The position numbers and the translations under genes were made by a program. A stretch of 64,000 bases of DNA from Camelus dromedarius (lineage: Eukaryota), in assembly GCF_036321535.1 (NCBI RefSeq), contig NC_087437.1, positions 33,606,001 through 33,670,000 of the forward strand, given 5' to 3'. Positions 1 to 13,400 of this stretch are shown piece by piece; positions within the stretch are counted from its first letter, which is position 1; each line of letters starts with the position of its first letter. The notes under the pieces were generated by a model. That model did not search any database, had not been told where the DNA came from, and saw only the letters and a program-made list of their open reading frames with translations.

Positions 1-235
1 ACTGTAAATCCTTGTTGCTTGTCTATTTTATGTATCATAGTTTGTATCTGTTAACCCCATACTCCTAACTTGCCCCCCCATTTCTCCCCTTCAGTAACTG
101 TAAGTTTGTTTTCTACATTTGTGAGTCTGTTTTTGTTTTGTATAGAGGTTCATTTGTATTATATTTTTTAGATTCCAAATATAAGTGATATCGTATAGTA
201 TTTGTCTTTCTCTGTCTTATTTGTCTTATGCTGTC
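1..235 (-). mobile_element. L1 3' UTR segment, non-inverted part of a twin-primed L1 (continues past the window start)
   Basis: Reverse complement of an L1 3' UTR: gtaagtttgttttctac...gagtctgtttttgttttgta...agattccaaatataagtgatatc...tatttgtctttctctgtct. Confidence 0.85.
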
Positions 236-507
236 TGACCAGCAGTCCCACTTCTGGGTATATTTCTAGAAAAAACAGAAACTCTTAATTCAGAAAGATA
301 TATTCACCCCAATGTTCATAGCAGCACTATTTACAATAGTCAAAACATGGAAACAACCCAAGTCCCATCAACAAATGATTGGCTTAAGAAGATGTGGTAC
401 GTATTTGCAATGGAATATTGCTCAGCCATAAAAAAGAATGAGATACTGCCATTTGCAGCAACATGGATGGACCTAGAGAATACTATACTTAGTGAAATAA
501 GTCAGGC
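236..507 (+). mobile_element. L1 ORF2 C-terminal segment, inverted part of the same twin-primed L1
   Basis: ORF 347..583 begins with an L1 ORF2 C-terminal-like peptide (WLKKMWY..MEYCSAIKKNEILPFAATWMDLENTILSEISQ); opposite orientation to 1-235. Confidence 0.9.
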
Positions 508-509
508 AA

Positions 510-1400
510 ATTTCTTTTTTAACCATTGTGATTTGACATTTTCACATGTTTTGTGGCTATGTTTTTGCCTACTGTTTTATTGATGTTTCATTATTTTTCT
601 TAATTACTTCTATAAAATGAAATCTTTTTAGTGTCTCTTTCTATTTATATCATTTCCAGCTTTTTTATGATTTCATTGTAAGTTCACTTGGAATTTTGGC
701 ATGTGCTAGGAAGAGACACAGTAGTCTTATTTTATTCCCAGTAGTTAAGCCACTGCCTGAGCACCATTTACTGATCAGTTCTTTGTTCTCCACTGGTTTG
801 TGACATGATCTTTATCACATGTTAAAATCTATCTATTAGAATCTCTTTCTGCACTATTTTCCTGGTTACATCTACCAATTCTAGGACCTGATTCAGACTG
901 TCTTAAATATTACATTTTGATTATAGATTTTAATGTTTGGTAGAGAAATTCTTTACTTCATTTCTTTTTATGTTCTTTGTTAGTCATACTCATTCCATAT
1001 AAACTTTAACATTGTGTAAACTTCCAAAAGAAATCTTTGGTGACTTTAATTGGAATTTTATCAGAGTATACACTGATATCACAAGAGTTGATATGTTTAC
1101 AGATTTGTTTTTCCTCTCTAGGAGCATAGCATGGATATGGATATGGAAATAAATATCAGGAAAAGTTAGAAATTTCATTATATACATTTCCTGCTTTTCT
1201 TATTATGATTATTCTTATTACAAATCAGTTCCTTCCTTCTTTCCTCCATGTCTAAATGGATGTCACTAGAATACAGAAAGCAGTGACTTTTTTCATGTTG
1301 ATTTCTATTTGTTCACATTATTGAAATCTCTTATTATTACTTAGAATTTTTTAGCTGATTCTTTTGGAGTTTCCAAGCATTGGTAAATAAAAATATTTAG
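510..1400 (-). mobile_element. Old degraded L1M fragment(s)
   Basis: T-rich sequence with L1M ORF2 antisense motifs (gcaccatttactga, ttggaattttatc, ttgatttctatt, gattcttttggagtttcc). Confidence 0.55.
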
Positions 1401-1814
1401 TTCAGATATTTATTTATTTTTTACCACCTCCTCCTGCTATTCTTACACAAAAAGTAGTATTATATACATTATATATATATACTTTTCTGCCCCTTTCTTT
1501 TGTTTTGTTAGCATTATACCCCAGAGATACTTCACATAAGTAAGTTAAAACCTTCTGCATTCTTTTTTTTTTTTTTTTTACAGGTGTTATAGTATTTCAT
1601 ACTGTGTTATCCATGTTTTTCAGTTGTCTTCAGTGGGAGGAGTATTCCAGATGACTTAGTCCCCATTGCCAAAGTCAGCTGTCTTCTTTCTGGGTCTTTA
1701 GGAAAAGCATTTGTTTGGGAAGCACAGCTCCATACTCATATTCGGTGGTAGGAAGCAGCTGTTCAGTGTGGCTTCACTGGATGGTGGCAGGATCTCTTCT
1801 TACCCCACTGATTC

Positions 1815-2195
1815 GAACACACTAACTGAGACAGTCAGGAACATTTGAGCATAGGTAGGTGTTAGATGATACCAAAGTATAATTATTACTTTTCTTATGT
1901 GCAATGATGACATTATAGTTAGAGCATAATTATTTTAGAAAAACCTCCATGTTATTTTAGAGACCCATATTGAAATTCTAGGGGTGAAATGAGCTGATTT
2001 CTGGGATTCTCCTTAAAATAACTGAGGTGGGAGGAGAAGGAAAGGAAGAAAGGTAAAGGAAGAGAGGAGGGAGGGAGAGAGAGAGATGAAGTATAGGAAA
2101 TCTGGATATTTGATCTTTGTTAAATCTAAGGATGAATAATAGGGGTTTCTTGCTATATTCTTTACTTTTTTATGTTCATATTTTTCATAAAATAG
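1815..2195 (+). mobile_element. L1MC/L1ME-type 3' end
   Basis: gttagatgata...gaaattctaggggtgaaatga...ctgggattctccttaaaataact...tatttttcataaaata matches old L1 3' UTR motifs. Confidence 0.65.
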
Positions 2196-5100
2196 GCAAT
2201 AATAGTACATTTGTAACCTGATAAATTAAACAGAGTCTTGGTTAGTTGGCTAGTCAACCAAGACAAATAACTTAGCCCTTATTATAAGTGATATGTCTCC
2301 TTTGTGTTTGCCAGTCATTCAGTACAAAGACATTAGGACTTTAGTGCTTTTAAAGGGGCATCAAATAACTATCAAGAGAGGGAGGAATTTGTTTGACAAA
2401 ATCTAAGAGAAGGTGGAAACCCAGAGGGTAGAGCTCAGCATTGGCTGTAGTACATTTGTTGTAGGAATGTTACGAGGACTGATGGGTTACTGTTTGTCAA
2501 GTGCTTTTAGCAAAGCCTGGCACATGGATAAGTGCTAGCTGAATAACTAAGACAATCTTTCAATATGTTCTTGGTTAACTCTAAAGCATTATACATATTT
2601 TCTGTTTTCTTTTTTCAATATATTTTTATTTGCTTAGTGGTATATTACACAGTGTGCAGGGATTTCTGGGTATTGGCCTCCTATTTCAGTTTGGCTTTGT
2701 TTTAGGTTAATCATGGGATGTAGACAAGGTCTCTGTTCCAAGAGCACCAGCCTTTCTTGGGCTGTGCAACTTTCTCATCCTTCCTGTAGCTTCCCTTTCT
2801 GGAGTTGATTGCCAATAAAGGGCATTCACTCAATAACCATCTCATCTGATGGTACTCTCAGTACTATATGATGATGTTTGTAATCAGTAGCCCTTTGTAT
2901 GAATTGGTAACAATAGCTGTTAAGCAGTCTTTCATAAGGGCTACATGATAGCCAACAATTAAAATAACTTTTCTTATTTAGTTGATTGCTTTGATATTTT
3001 GTAGATATGGCCTGTGTTGAATGGCTGCACTTTGCAGATAAACTAAAACAAATCCTAGCATTACCTTTGAAGTTCCTTCCTTGTTTGACCATTTTCTATG
3101 ACCTCTTTAATAGAAAGAATGACCTCAGATCCACTGCCCAGCCATGCTCCCCATGTGTAGATGGGTACTAGGTCAGAAGGGAAAACAGCTATTCTGAAAA
3201 AAAGGCTGGTGAGATCATGCAGGAGCATCCTGAGGCCTTTGTGAACTTATCTGTGCAACCAAATCTGTTCCTTCGTTCACCTTGTTGGATGCCAGTGTTT
3301 GTGTGGAAGCCAGAAGGTGGTATAGAGGTGGGAAGGTGTTGCTGAAGTCACAGTTTTGTTTCTTGCTCTGGCCTTTGCCTATTCCAATTTGTGATATGAA
3401 ACTACGCTGCAGTTCTGACAGGCCATTGTTGACAATGCCAAGTAGAATCTGTCTGGAAGAATTATAAATGAGGCAAAGAGCAGGTGGTTAATGCAAAAAA
3501 AAACTCAAACAAATAGGTGGCATGTGTCTTTTCTCCCTCCAGACCTCCTTTTCTCTGTTGTCTGGGATATCAAATTAGCTGCTGAGCTTTCTTGAAAGCC
3601 TATTATTCTCAGGATGTCATTTGGACAATTTGACTCAGTAGTTATTGGATGGAAAATAATTCTTTTTCTCTGTCTCCTTCTCTCTCTCTCTCAGAGGGAG
3701 AGAGGTAAAAGGGAAACAGAGAGAAATGTCTTTCAGATAATTATTTTCTTTAGAGGAAAATTAAAGTAACACAGGGGACTTCCAAGAACCAAATGGCACA
3801 AAGATTAGAGTTAGATACATGCTAAGAAATCAAGGTCAGAAACTACGGGGCAAGATGTTCTTGGTTTCGCCCTAATGCCAAAGAGAGTACCCTGTAGATG
3901 GCCTGTCTGTGGGGCTGTGTGATCATCCATCTTGAATGGGCCACCTGGTGCTGGACAGCGTGGACGAGTACCGGAACACTCTAGGACTTGGTTCCCACGT
4001 CTGCAGGATGAGGAGGTTGCTCATTAGGATCTTTGGGAAGTACTGCTCTGATGGCTTCATGTACTAGGGCAAGCAGCACGCTTCCCAAACCCACAGACAC
4101 ACAATAAACGTGGATTACTTTTATCTGACCAGCAGCAGAATGTCTGTGCATTTCCATCTCTGCATCAGCAGTACCTGGCAAACGTTGGTATCATCAGTTT
4201 GACTTGGAGTGTTCAGTGAGCTCTCACGAGCTGGCACTGCTAATGACATGCTTTTAAAACATCCCCCTTTGTATGGTGAGACCACCTTGGAAGTTGTAAC
4301 TTGAGAATGCATAGGTATTTATTTATAGCCTACCTTTTGGCTGAGGTTTGAGATGATATTTTTCTTCAACAAACCTCTCAAGTGGCACACCGTGATCTAT
4401 CATTTTATTTGGTTATTGTCTGCATATGCTACAGGAAGTTGAAAACTTATTCAAGTCCTGCCAAAATGTATTTACAGTATTTTTTCTGCTGCTGAGACTA
4501 CCACCTTCAAAACATTTTGAAGTCTTCAGAGAGAATCAGGATTGGACTTTTCACAGAAAAAAAAAAAAAATGAGAGAGAGAGAATGAGAGATAGAATGAG
4601 AGAGACCAAGTTTTTGTCTTTACCCAGAGAAGCCTAAAGTAGATTTTAGAATCTTAAACTAATGGAATCTAGGGTGGCAACAAATCTGTTTAGCAACTTG
4701 AATTGTCCAGTCTCCAAAGGTATTTCATGCCCCTGTCCTGCAGGGGCATAAGAATTAGGCTTCTCTTATTAAGCATCGTAGAATGGATCAGAACCAAACC
4801 ATTCCTGGAGGGAAAAAGGTAGTCTTCTCCTCCTTAATTACCTTATCAGAAAGTCCTTTGCCAGGCAACCTGAATTCAGGCTTTGGGGCTGGAAATGGCA
4901 TATGTCCTCAGCTAGTTTCTTTCTATTACCTTCAATGATGCAAGGTAGAAGTCACGCCCCACATAAAAGAAGTGTCCCATAGGGAAGTTTACAGCTGCCT
5001 CCAGCCTGTTCCCATTCAGTTTCATTCCGGATTTCAGAATAGCACATTCAATACCTGCCCCACTTCATGTTTTTCCTTTGGTTCCTTCTGCCTCCAGCAG

Positions 5101-5295
5101 AGATCCTCTCCCATCCCTGCTGACATATTCACCTGGAGAGCCCTTCCTCTCCTCAGGCAAGGTCCACTTCAGGTCCCCACCTCTCAGCCTCTGAGAAGTA
5201 GCACGTAAGCCCCTTCCCTACCCCCCCCCCCGCCCTTATGGCATTTGCTTTGCACACATCTATTGCTGTGTTGCCACTGCCTTGTGTCAGCTATA

Positions 5296-5587
5296 CAGCC
5301 AGCCCTCTGTATCCGTGGTTCTGCATCCATGGATTCAACCAACCGTGGATTGAAAATATTAGGAAAAAAGATTGTAGAAAGTTCCAAAAAGCATAGGCAA
5401 CTATTTAATAGCATTTCATTGTATTAGGTATATACATAATTTAGAGATGATTTAAAGTACACTGGAGGGTATACATAGATTATTTGCAGATCCTATGCCA
5501 TTTTATATAAGGAACTTGAACATCCCCAGATTTTGGTATCCACAGGGGTCCTGTAACCAGTCGCCCATGGATACTGAGGGATGACCA
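5296..5587. mobile_element. MER2-like Tigger (TcMar) MITE
   Basis: TA-preceded terminal inverted repeats cagccagccctctgtatccgtgg / ccatggatactgagggatgac; internal ggattcaaccaacc and gatgatttaaagta motifs. Confidence 0.85.
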
Positions 5588-5949
5588 TCTGTGCTTATGT
5601 TTTTCTTTCTAGAGGCAGATGTAGTTGCTTTTGACCTTTGTATTTCTCTTAAGATATTTATACAGAAAGATATCCTATAACTTTTTGCAATTGAATTCAC
5701 TAGTATTTAGTCCTTCTTAATATTTAATGCATATTGTTCCTGTGCATGTCAATGACGGGAAGAAAAAACCAGTGAGTAAAATGAGGTTTAAATGTGAAGA
5801 GGGTAGAAACTTTAGGTATCATCAGTGTTTGCTTTTTATACCAGGTTGCACCATTATGTTTCATTGTCTCAAACCTCAATTTCCAATAATCAATAATTTC
5901 TTTCCTGAGATAGGAGCCAGAAGAGCAATGACTCTACTTGGTGCTCTAG

Positions 5950-6080
5950 GACAGAGATTTCCTTTCTCATTTTTAAGGGAGGTTAAGCCATCTGTTCAGC
6001 CCTGCACAGTCAGTAAGGGCTGGAACCAGAATCTGAACTCAGGGAAGTCAGGTGCCAAAGGCCTGGCTCTCCCATCACAC
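5950..6080 (-). mobile_element. MIR fragment
   Basis: gaggttaagc...cacagtcagtaagggctggaaccagaatctgaactcagg resembles MIR antisense. Confidence 0.55.
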
Positions 6081-6093
6081 TTTACTCATTTCC

Positions 6094-6149
6094 TAAACAA
6101 CGACCTTAAAATATTTTTTAATAAACAACGACCTTAAAATGTTTTTTTT
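6094..6149. repeat. 28-bp tandem duplication
   Basis: taaacaacgaccttaaaat at 6094-6112 and 6122-6140, each followed by a T-run. Confidence 0.9.
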
Positions 6150-6310
6150 TAAAAAGAAAGAAACAAAGAAAAGAAACTGTGCAGACAGCCACTGCCAAAG
6201 AGAACCTACTTTTCTTTTATAATTTTGCTGCTGTATTCCAGAGATTGCAAATTCACTGTAAGTTCAAAAAGGGTGGGACTTGTTGTTTCCAATCAACTTA
6301 TTGTCACTCT

Positions 6311-6606
6311 AGGGCCTCTCACCTTGTCAGAAATACCCTCCTGACCACCTTTTGCAAATTAGCAACCCCCTCCCCATCACCAAACTCTATCTGGTACAGA
6401 GCTTTCCTCAGCATTCATTCCCATCTGACCCACTGTGATACATTTGTCTCCTTGTTGAGTGCCTGTCTTCTCACTGGAGTGTAAGCTGCATGAGGGCAGG
6501 GACCCTCTCCTGGTTTGTTCACTGATGTTCCCCAGCATCCAGATGAGTCCTGGGCACATGCACATGGCAGGCTCCCAGTACGTATTTCTTGAATAGATCA
6601 ACAAAC
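6311..6606 (+). mobile_element. L2 3' end
   Basis: ctggagtgtaagctgcatgagggcagggac...tttgttcactgatgttccccagca...gtatttcttgaatagat. Confidence 0.85.
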
Positions 6607-7563
6607 ACAGAAGAGGTAATTCTACAGCTTGCTTAACTGATTCAGAATCGGTGCTACTGACAGTTTCTCAATGACTGGGGAAATTTTTTTTCCAATTTGC
6701 TTTCTTATAGTCCAGAAGTTTCTTGCGTCTGTTCCCCCTACTACTTCCCATAACTCCTTCTCTCTTGTTTTGGCCACAGGTAATTTTGATCACAAGTCAC
6801 CCATAGAGACCTAGAGACATGAATACTTGTTGCAAATCATATGTGTCACCCATGGGCTCCCCAGTGCCTTAACGGTACTACTGCATACAATTCATCACAC
6901 AATTTAGAGAGTCAAGAAAAATTTTCTCCTCATTGTATAACTTTATACTCTAATAGCTTATGCTGGGAACATTTATTAGGGGCCCTTTAAGTTAGATGCA
7001 GATAGAATAATAAAGAAATGGGCGCTCTCTCCCTGCTTGCAAAGCCCCAGTCCTGTTCTTGTGGACGCGGTCTGCACCCAAAGCCACTGAAACACTTGAC
7101 ACTCAAAACCAAGGGTGCGGAAGCCTCCATGGAGAGCAACATAGATGTGTTTATAAAGGACCCATGACATTGAAAGACCAGTGTCAGAAATCGTGAAGGA
7201 GACTCAAAGCATAAGGAAACAAAATCTAAAAAATAAACATCAGTCTTATTAAAATAAACCTAGTTGGCCCATGCCACAGAATTACTAGAATTAAGCTATA
7301 TGGGCATTTTGTTAAAGTTAATTTTGAAGACCTTTTTGAGTTTACCCCCAGGCCATCTACTCCAGTCCTCACTGCGTCTCAGTGAATGTCACTGCCAGCA
7401 TCTACCAGATGCTTCAGCCAGAAACCCCAGGCTCTCTGCTTCTCTCCATTACACTCAATTACCAAATCTTACTGTGTTTTTTCATTTTTAAAACTCTACC
7501 TGGCCAGTACTCTAGGAAAAAACCTAGACTACTGCAGTAACCTCTAATTTGGTCTTCTCCCAT

Positions 7564-8019
7564 TGTTGCAGGTTGTGTTGTGTCTTCTTCAAAACATGTT
7601 GAAGTCCTAACCCCCCTCTACCTGTGAATGTGACCTGATTTGGAAATAGGGTCTTTGCTGATGGTCAAGTTAAAATGAGGTCATTAGAGTGGGCCCAAAT
7701 CCAGTATGACTGGTGTCCTTACCTAATGGGGAACTTTGGATTCAGAGACAAACACACACACAGGCCACGCAGAGATGAAGGCAGAGATCAGGGCGATGAA
7801 CCTACAGGCCAAGGGACCCCTGTGGGTTGCCTGCAACGCACCAGAAGCTGGGAGACGGGCATGAAGCAGATTCTTCCTCACGGCCCTCAGGAGCAGCCAA
7901 CCCTGCTGACACCTTGCTCTCAGACTTCCAGCCTCCAGAGCTGTGAAACCACACGTTTCTGCTGTTTAAGCCCCCTACGCTGTGGTTCTCTGTCATGGCC
8001 ACCTTACAAAACAAAACCA
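7564..8019 (+). mobile_element. MLT1 (ERVL-MaLR) solo LTR, MLT1B/C-like
   Basis: TG...CA ends; tgttgaagtcctaacccc, gaatgtgacctgatttggaaatagggtctttgc, cagacttccagcctccagagctgtga, ttctgctgtttaagcc. Confidence 0.9.
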
Positions 8020-8099
8020 GCCCTCTTCTGTTATTATCTCAGACTCTGCTTAAACTAAGAAAACATACAAGTAATGCATTCTCTTTATAAAAATTGGAA

Positions 8100-8340
8100 C
8101 AGTTAATACCTAGCATGTATTGAAAGCGTTTTTAAAAATGTACCAGACGCTAACTGATTTACATGTGACTATTCCATTTAGTCCTTATATCAGCCCAATA
8201 ATCATCTTCACTTTACAGATGAGGAAACTGAGGCACAGCAGGCTGAGTGACTTGCCTGTGCTCACATGGCTGTTATGTGAGTTGGACCCAAAACCATGTA
8301 TGTGGCTGCAGAGCCTGAGTGCCCGACACAAGGCATAGCC
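8100..8340 (-). mobile_element. MIR
   Basis: ttacagatgaggaaactgaggcacag...gtgacttgcc (MIR core, antisense). Confidence 0.85.
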
Positions 8341-9412
8341 CCTTCGTTACACCTGCGAGCGTCGTGCCCTTTCCAAGCCCTTGGAAGTAACTGCTGTCAG
8401 ATTTAGTGTGTATACATTACCTGCATGTCTGTGCACATGTGTGTGTATGTATGGGTCTCTAGAATCACACATATTTTCCTATAACTTGCTTTATTTTCAT
8501 TTAGTTTATCTTAAATATTTACCCATTTTAATGATATATATACACACATACACACCCTTGTGCTTGGTAGTCCACTGTACAAAGTGTGTGTTTTAAACAA
8601 TATGTTGTTTTATATCATGAATGTTTAAATTTGTGTGCTAAGATGGGGGCAACAGCTTTCCATGTCCCTGGAAGGCCTTCCCAAGAGTGGTGGGAGCAGG
8701 AAGACACACATTAATGTCTGTGATGTGGGAGTTTGGGGGATGGAAGGTCAAGAGAGGGCGCGAGGTGGCTCCAGCTTGGGTGGCTGCTGGTTCCTCCAAC
8801 GCTAGTTTCTGTTGAGGAGAGACTTTCAGAAGAATGTGGGCCTGGAAATTTCAGTATTTGGGATTGGTTGATTGAGTCAGTAAACTTCTCTGAGCTTTTA
8901 TTGTTTTTTTATTATTTTTATTTAGAAAAGCAGAGATAGTAGTTCCTCTCCTTCCTTATCATAGGATTTCTTTGAGGAAAAAAATTAAATGACATTATAA
9001 AAACGGTTTACGGACACAATTGTTACTATGGTTATTATTATCTTTGCCTTGTTTCCAGGTGCTAGATATCAGAAATGTTGTTTTGTGGAGCCTTTGGAAT
9101 ACAAACCACTATATATGGGATGCTTTTTATTGGTTTCATGGGATTGTTGTAAGGAGGAAATCTGAATGTCTTCTCTTCTCTCCCGCAGCTCTTTTTTTTC
9201 CATACGTTCAGTGCATGAGTATCCTTATCACCTGTTTGTTGAAAATGCTACTATCTATCTTCTCAGGATACGAATTCTAGCAGATTTATAATGAATCAAA
9301 CTTTTCGAGCTTTCTAACAGAGAGAGCATTAAATCATTATTTAATTTTAAAACACATGGTTTAGTGAATTCTTCATTGATTTTACAAACAAGATTACTTG
9401 GCTGCCTGCAGG

Positions 9413-9422
9413 GTGTGTGTGT

Positions 9423-9452
<30 letters not shown>
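9413..9452. repeat. (TG)n microsatellite
   Basis: About 20 TG units with one interruption. Confidence 0.95.
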
Positions 9453-9453
<1 letters not shown>

Positions 9454-10956
9454 GACTTTGCTCTCAAAACCATCAAATTAATTTGCACAGGAAGACACAC
9501 CCCTTACATTTCAGCGACTCAGATCCCCTTTTATCTGATAGTATGAGCTTCAGCTAGGACTGTTTTTCCCTTTCACCCACATGAACGTGAATTGGGAGCC
9601 TGAACAGGTGCTGCTTCTGCTTTGAGTAAGGAATTTAGCAAATTAAGAGGATACAGATGGCTCTTTGAATACAACAAAAGATGAAGGCAAGAGAATAAAA
9701 CCTGAAGAAACACCCATCAAGCCATGGCCTGGCGTAGGCATTTACTGCACCAAGAAGAGAGGTTCCCGAGACTGCTTACCAGAGCTTAACAAAAGAGAGA
9801 TGTGTGTTTCTCGTTTTCCTGGCTCTGCAACTCATATCCTTAACCCCTTTGTCAGTGTTCCTGTTGCCACTGCATTATTTTCCACATAACATGGTGTGAC
9901 TTGTCCCAAGTGATCCCTCTCTGGAGGGTATCATCTCAGAGATGTGGGCTGAGGGGTCCTTGCACGGATCCGCGATTGTCTGCAGGTCACTTCTGACTCA
10001 CCACACATGCTTCTGATGCCAACCAATGACCTGAGGGTGATTCCTTCTCTGGTGTGACCATGGCTCCTGTTTAAGGGAGTGAGCTTCTATACAGTGGACC
10101 ACAAAGAAGGTTTAAGCACCTTCAGGTGTGCATGTGATTATTGCAAACCCCTGGGGGAAGGCTGGAGAGCCATCAGTTCCCTGATCTCGCTGCCTCATTC
10201 CCTGTAGCTTACAGTGAAGGGGGATCTCAGGGAGGTGGGGTCAGAAGCAGGAACTTAAGAAGATGATGACTCTGAGGTTGTTTTCTCTTCCCTGAGCACC
10301 TCCTGCCTCCTTTCTCTGCAGCCCTCTCACTTCCTCTCAATATCCTCCCTCCCTCCTAAGAATCTGCCTTTTAAACTAACACCATAATAGAGTCTAAGGG
10401 AAATACTCCAAGGAGGCCACACAAACACAATGAAGCTGGTTCCTTAGCGTGGTGTCCGTGTACTTGTTGGCCTTCCCCAGCCTCCCCCCACTGGCTTCTT
10501 CATCTTCCGCTTCTGCTTTTCTCCTGCATCCCTTCACCTAGCCCTCAATTCCCTACAGTGAGCATTTGGCCAAAACTGAACTCTCACAACATTTTTCCAA
10601 ACACACAGCTTTTGCACTGCCCACCTGGCCTGTCCTCCCCTCCAGGCCTTACCGAGTGGTCCTCATCCTCAGAGAGCCAGTGAGGAGCCATCTGACTGGA
10701 TGTGGCCCCCATCGCTCCCTCCCTGCCCCCTCTGCTGTCTTCCTCCTCAGGTCCTAAAGCCTCACCTCTCCCTCTGCTGGGTCACCTCTCCTTTTGCTTT
10801 ATACATCTCTTATTGTCCTTGTCACCTGACGTAAAACCCATCTCACTTCGCCTTTGAAGTTTGTCCTGCTCTCCTGAGATGTGCTCTTTCTTAAATATCC
10901 ATTGCATGTCTTCTCAACCTGTCTTATGTCCCCTGTAACATTTTATCTTAAAAGTA

Positions 10957-11210
10957 ATAATAATAAACACAAATACAGCACTTGCTATGTGTCAGGCCCT
11001 ACTCTAAGCACTTTATGTAAATTAATTCACTTAAGCCTCACATCAACCTTTGAAAATAGGTGCTGCTCGTACCCCTCATTTCACGGATGAAGAAACGCAA
11101 CCCAGAGATGCTAAGTGATCTATGAAGTCATACCTCTGCTCAGTGGCTAAGCCATCTTTCAAACCTGGTCAGTCTGGTTCAGAGACCATGTTCCAAACCA
11201 TTATTCTGTG
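10957..11210 (-). mobile_element. MIR
   Basis: gcacttgctatgtgtcaggc..ctaagcacttta...cctcatttcacggatgaagaaac. Confidence 0.85.
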
Positions 11211-12252
11211 TAACCGTTCATACGCCTTATGGTTTGTACTTATCTGTGTACTTATCTTATGACTTTGTTCTTCCATCTTTGCATCCTTGCGTCACCTAGC
11301 ACGTGGTAGGTACCCTGCAAACACTTGCAAAATGGAATTATATGGGGATGACGTTTTCTAGGAGGTCCTTGAATTCTAAATTTTGGGAACCCTTAGGAAG
11401 AGCTTTCAATATACGCGGGAATGGAATTTCTGGTGGTAAAGGGTGAAGCATAAATCCCTCTTGGCAGTTAGCATTTTCTCATGATTTTTCTTCTTCTGCA
11501 TACCTTTCCAGGCAGTTTTCATTTTCATTTGTTTTACAATTCTTAAGCTATGTTCACACTTATATTTTAAACGATGGAAAGAAAAAGATCACTTGCAAAT
11601 GCCGACTGGGAAGAGTGTTTATTTTAAACAGTGCTGTTCCGCTGCACCAGCTGCTGTTGCTATGCTTGCATGTTGGCTGCTGGGGGGGTGGTGGTGAGGA
11701 GAATGAAGCTTGGGGTGTCAAGATGGGAAGTTGCTTCTACCCCGCATTCTATTGGCTGGGATTTTCTGGAATGAGGAATCCTCAACCCTAAGCAATTAGA
11801 AAAGTAGTGTGCTTCAACTTGCAGAAATAATTTAACCTACAGAGAGAATTCACCACCATCTAGTTATGTTCCAAGGGCAGAAGGAAATCTGGCTGTTAAC
11901 ACAGATTCCAATTTTGAACAAAAGTTTTTAAAAGTTTACATCTCACCAAAGGATGATATAAACCACTCTAGAAGGCTAATGTCAGTGTTTTAAAATGGTA
12001 AAAAGGAAAAGCTACCTTTAGTATGGGATATGTTATCTGGGTTAAAAAGGGTTTGTTTAAATATGCCAGCGGCCATATCAACACAGGAAAAGAGAATTCA
12101 CTGTTTTAGACTGAATGCAGATTTGTAGATTTATGTTTATGCAGGAAATGTCTGTGTGTATCATGATTTTGCCTGTATTTTACATATGGACTCGTTCAAT
12201 AAGAATTCCTTAAATACCTACTACATGTGAGCCATTCTCTTACACATGAAGG

Positions 12253-12362
12253 CAGGGTGACCAGCCGTCTCAGTTTGCCTGGGATTTTCCGTTCTAGCAC
12301 TGAAAATCTCATGACCTGGGAAACCCCTAAGTCCTGGGCAAACAGAGACAGTGCTTCTCACA
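12253..12362. mobile_element. MER94-like hAT-Blackjack MITE
   Basis: cagggtgacc...gtttgcctggga...tagcactgaaa...ctgggaaacccct..gtcctgggcaaac, with internal palindromy. Confidence 0.8.
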
Positions 12363-12469
12363 CGAAGGGAAAACGAGTAAGAGTAAAATATCCTTCAGCA
12401 TTTTTCACTGTGGCTAGGAAGACAAGTTGAAACTCAATCAATCAAGGAACACAAGTAATAAACCACTTG

Positions 12470-12605
12470 TGTTCATTGAGCGCTTGTGAAGTGAGTTCTA
12501 TTACTGTCCCCATTTTAAAGATGAGTGAACTGAGACACAGCAAGGGTAAGCAGCCTACTCGGTGGAGGAGCAAGAATTTAAACCTGGGAAGTCTGGCTTT
12601 AGAGC
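12470..12605 (-). mobile_element. MIR
   Basis: ccccattttaaagatgagtgaactgagacacag...atttaaacctggg..gtctggcttt. Confidence 0.75.
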
Positions 12606-13139
12606 ACATACCACATAACAATAAGTACTGTACCGGAAAGTTCTCTGGGAGGAAAGATCGGTAGAGGCAGGAGCATCTCAGGAGCTGGATGACTACACCT
12701 GGGCTCAGGGGAACAGGGTTAAGAGAGTTAGGAAGAAGGGATGTCAGTTTCCTTAAAAAGGCAGGCAATGGTGTAGAGTAACGAACAGGCAGGGTCTTGT
12801 TTCTCCAGACAGGAGGGAGTTAGCCTGGGGAAAGGGGTGGAGCCCTCTGTCTGATATTGTAGATAATTGAATGCAAAGACAGAAAGAGGGGATGACAGAA
12901 AGCAAGTAGTTTTCCCTGGAGAGATTTAGCCCCTCTGGTCAAAGGCAAGGTCACCGACTGGGCAGAGGAGGTGGGACTGAGCCTGAAAGAAGGGAGCCGT
13001 TTCAGGAAGCCCACAGATGTCCAACAAGAGGATTCCTAAGCAGCAGGAAGGAGCTGAAATTGAACATTAATAATTTTAAATTTTAACATAGCCATATTGT
13101 AAAAAAAATTCTAGAAAATAGAAAAAGGAAATCTCCATA

Positions 13140-13400
13140 AAAACCACTGCAAGTTTAAGTCTTCTTCTTGTTTGTTTTTAACACATTTGGAATCATGACA
13201 TACCTGTATAATCTGAATCCTATATTTGATTTTTACTTATTGCATTTCCCATGCTATTGTGTAGTCTTAATAACCATCAGTTTAACAACCAGATAATATT
13301 CTATCATAGGTATATTCCACAATTCTCTTAACGATTATACTTTGTTGATACTCAAGTTTCCAGTGTTTTCCTTTCATAAATGAATCTTGAACAACGTCCT
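13140..13400 (-). mobile_element. Old L1M fragment
   Basis: ataatattctatcatagg..ccacaatt...ttgatactcaagtttccagtgtttt resembles L1M 3' antisense. Confidence 0.5.

Noticed and set aside
347..583. 78-aa ORF as a host gene
   Set aside because: It is an L1 ORF2 C-terminal remnant running into unrelated sequence.
7675..8058. 127-aa ORF
   Set aside because: Almost entirely within an MLT1 LTR; spurious.
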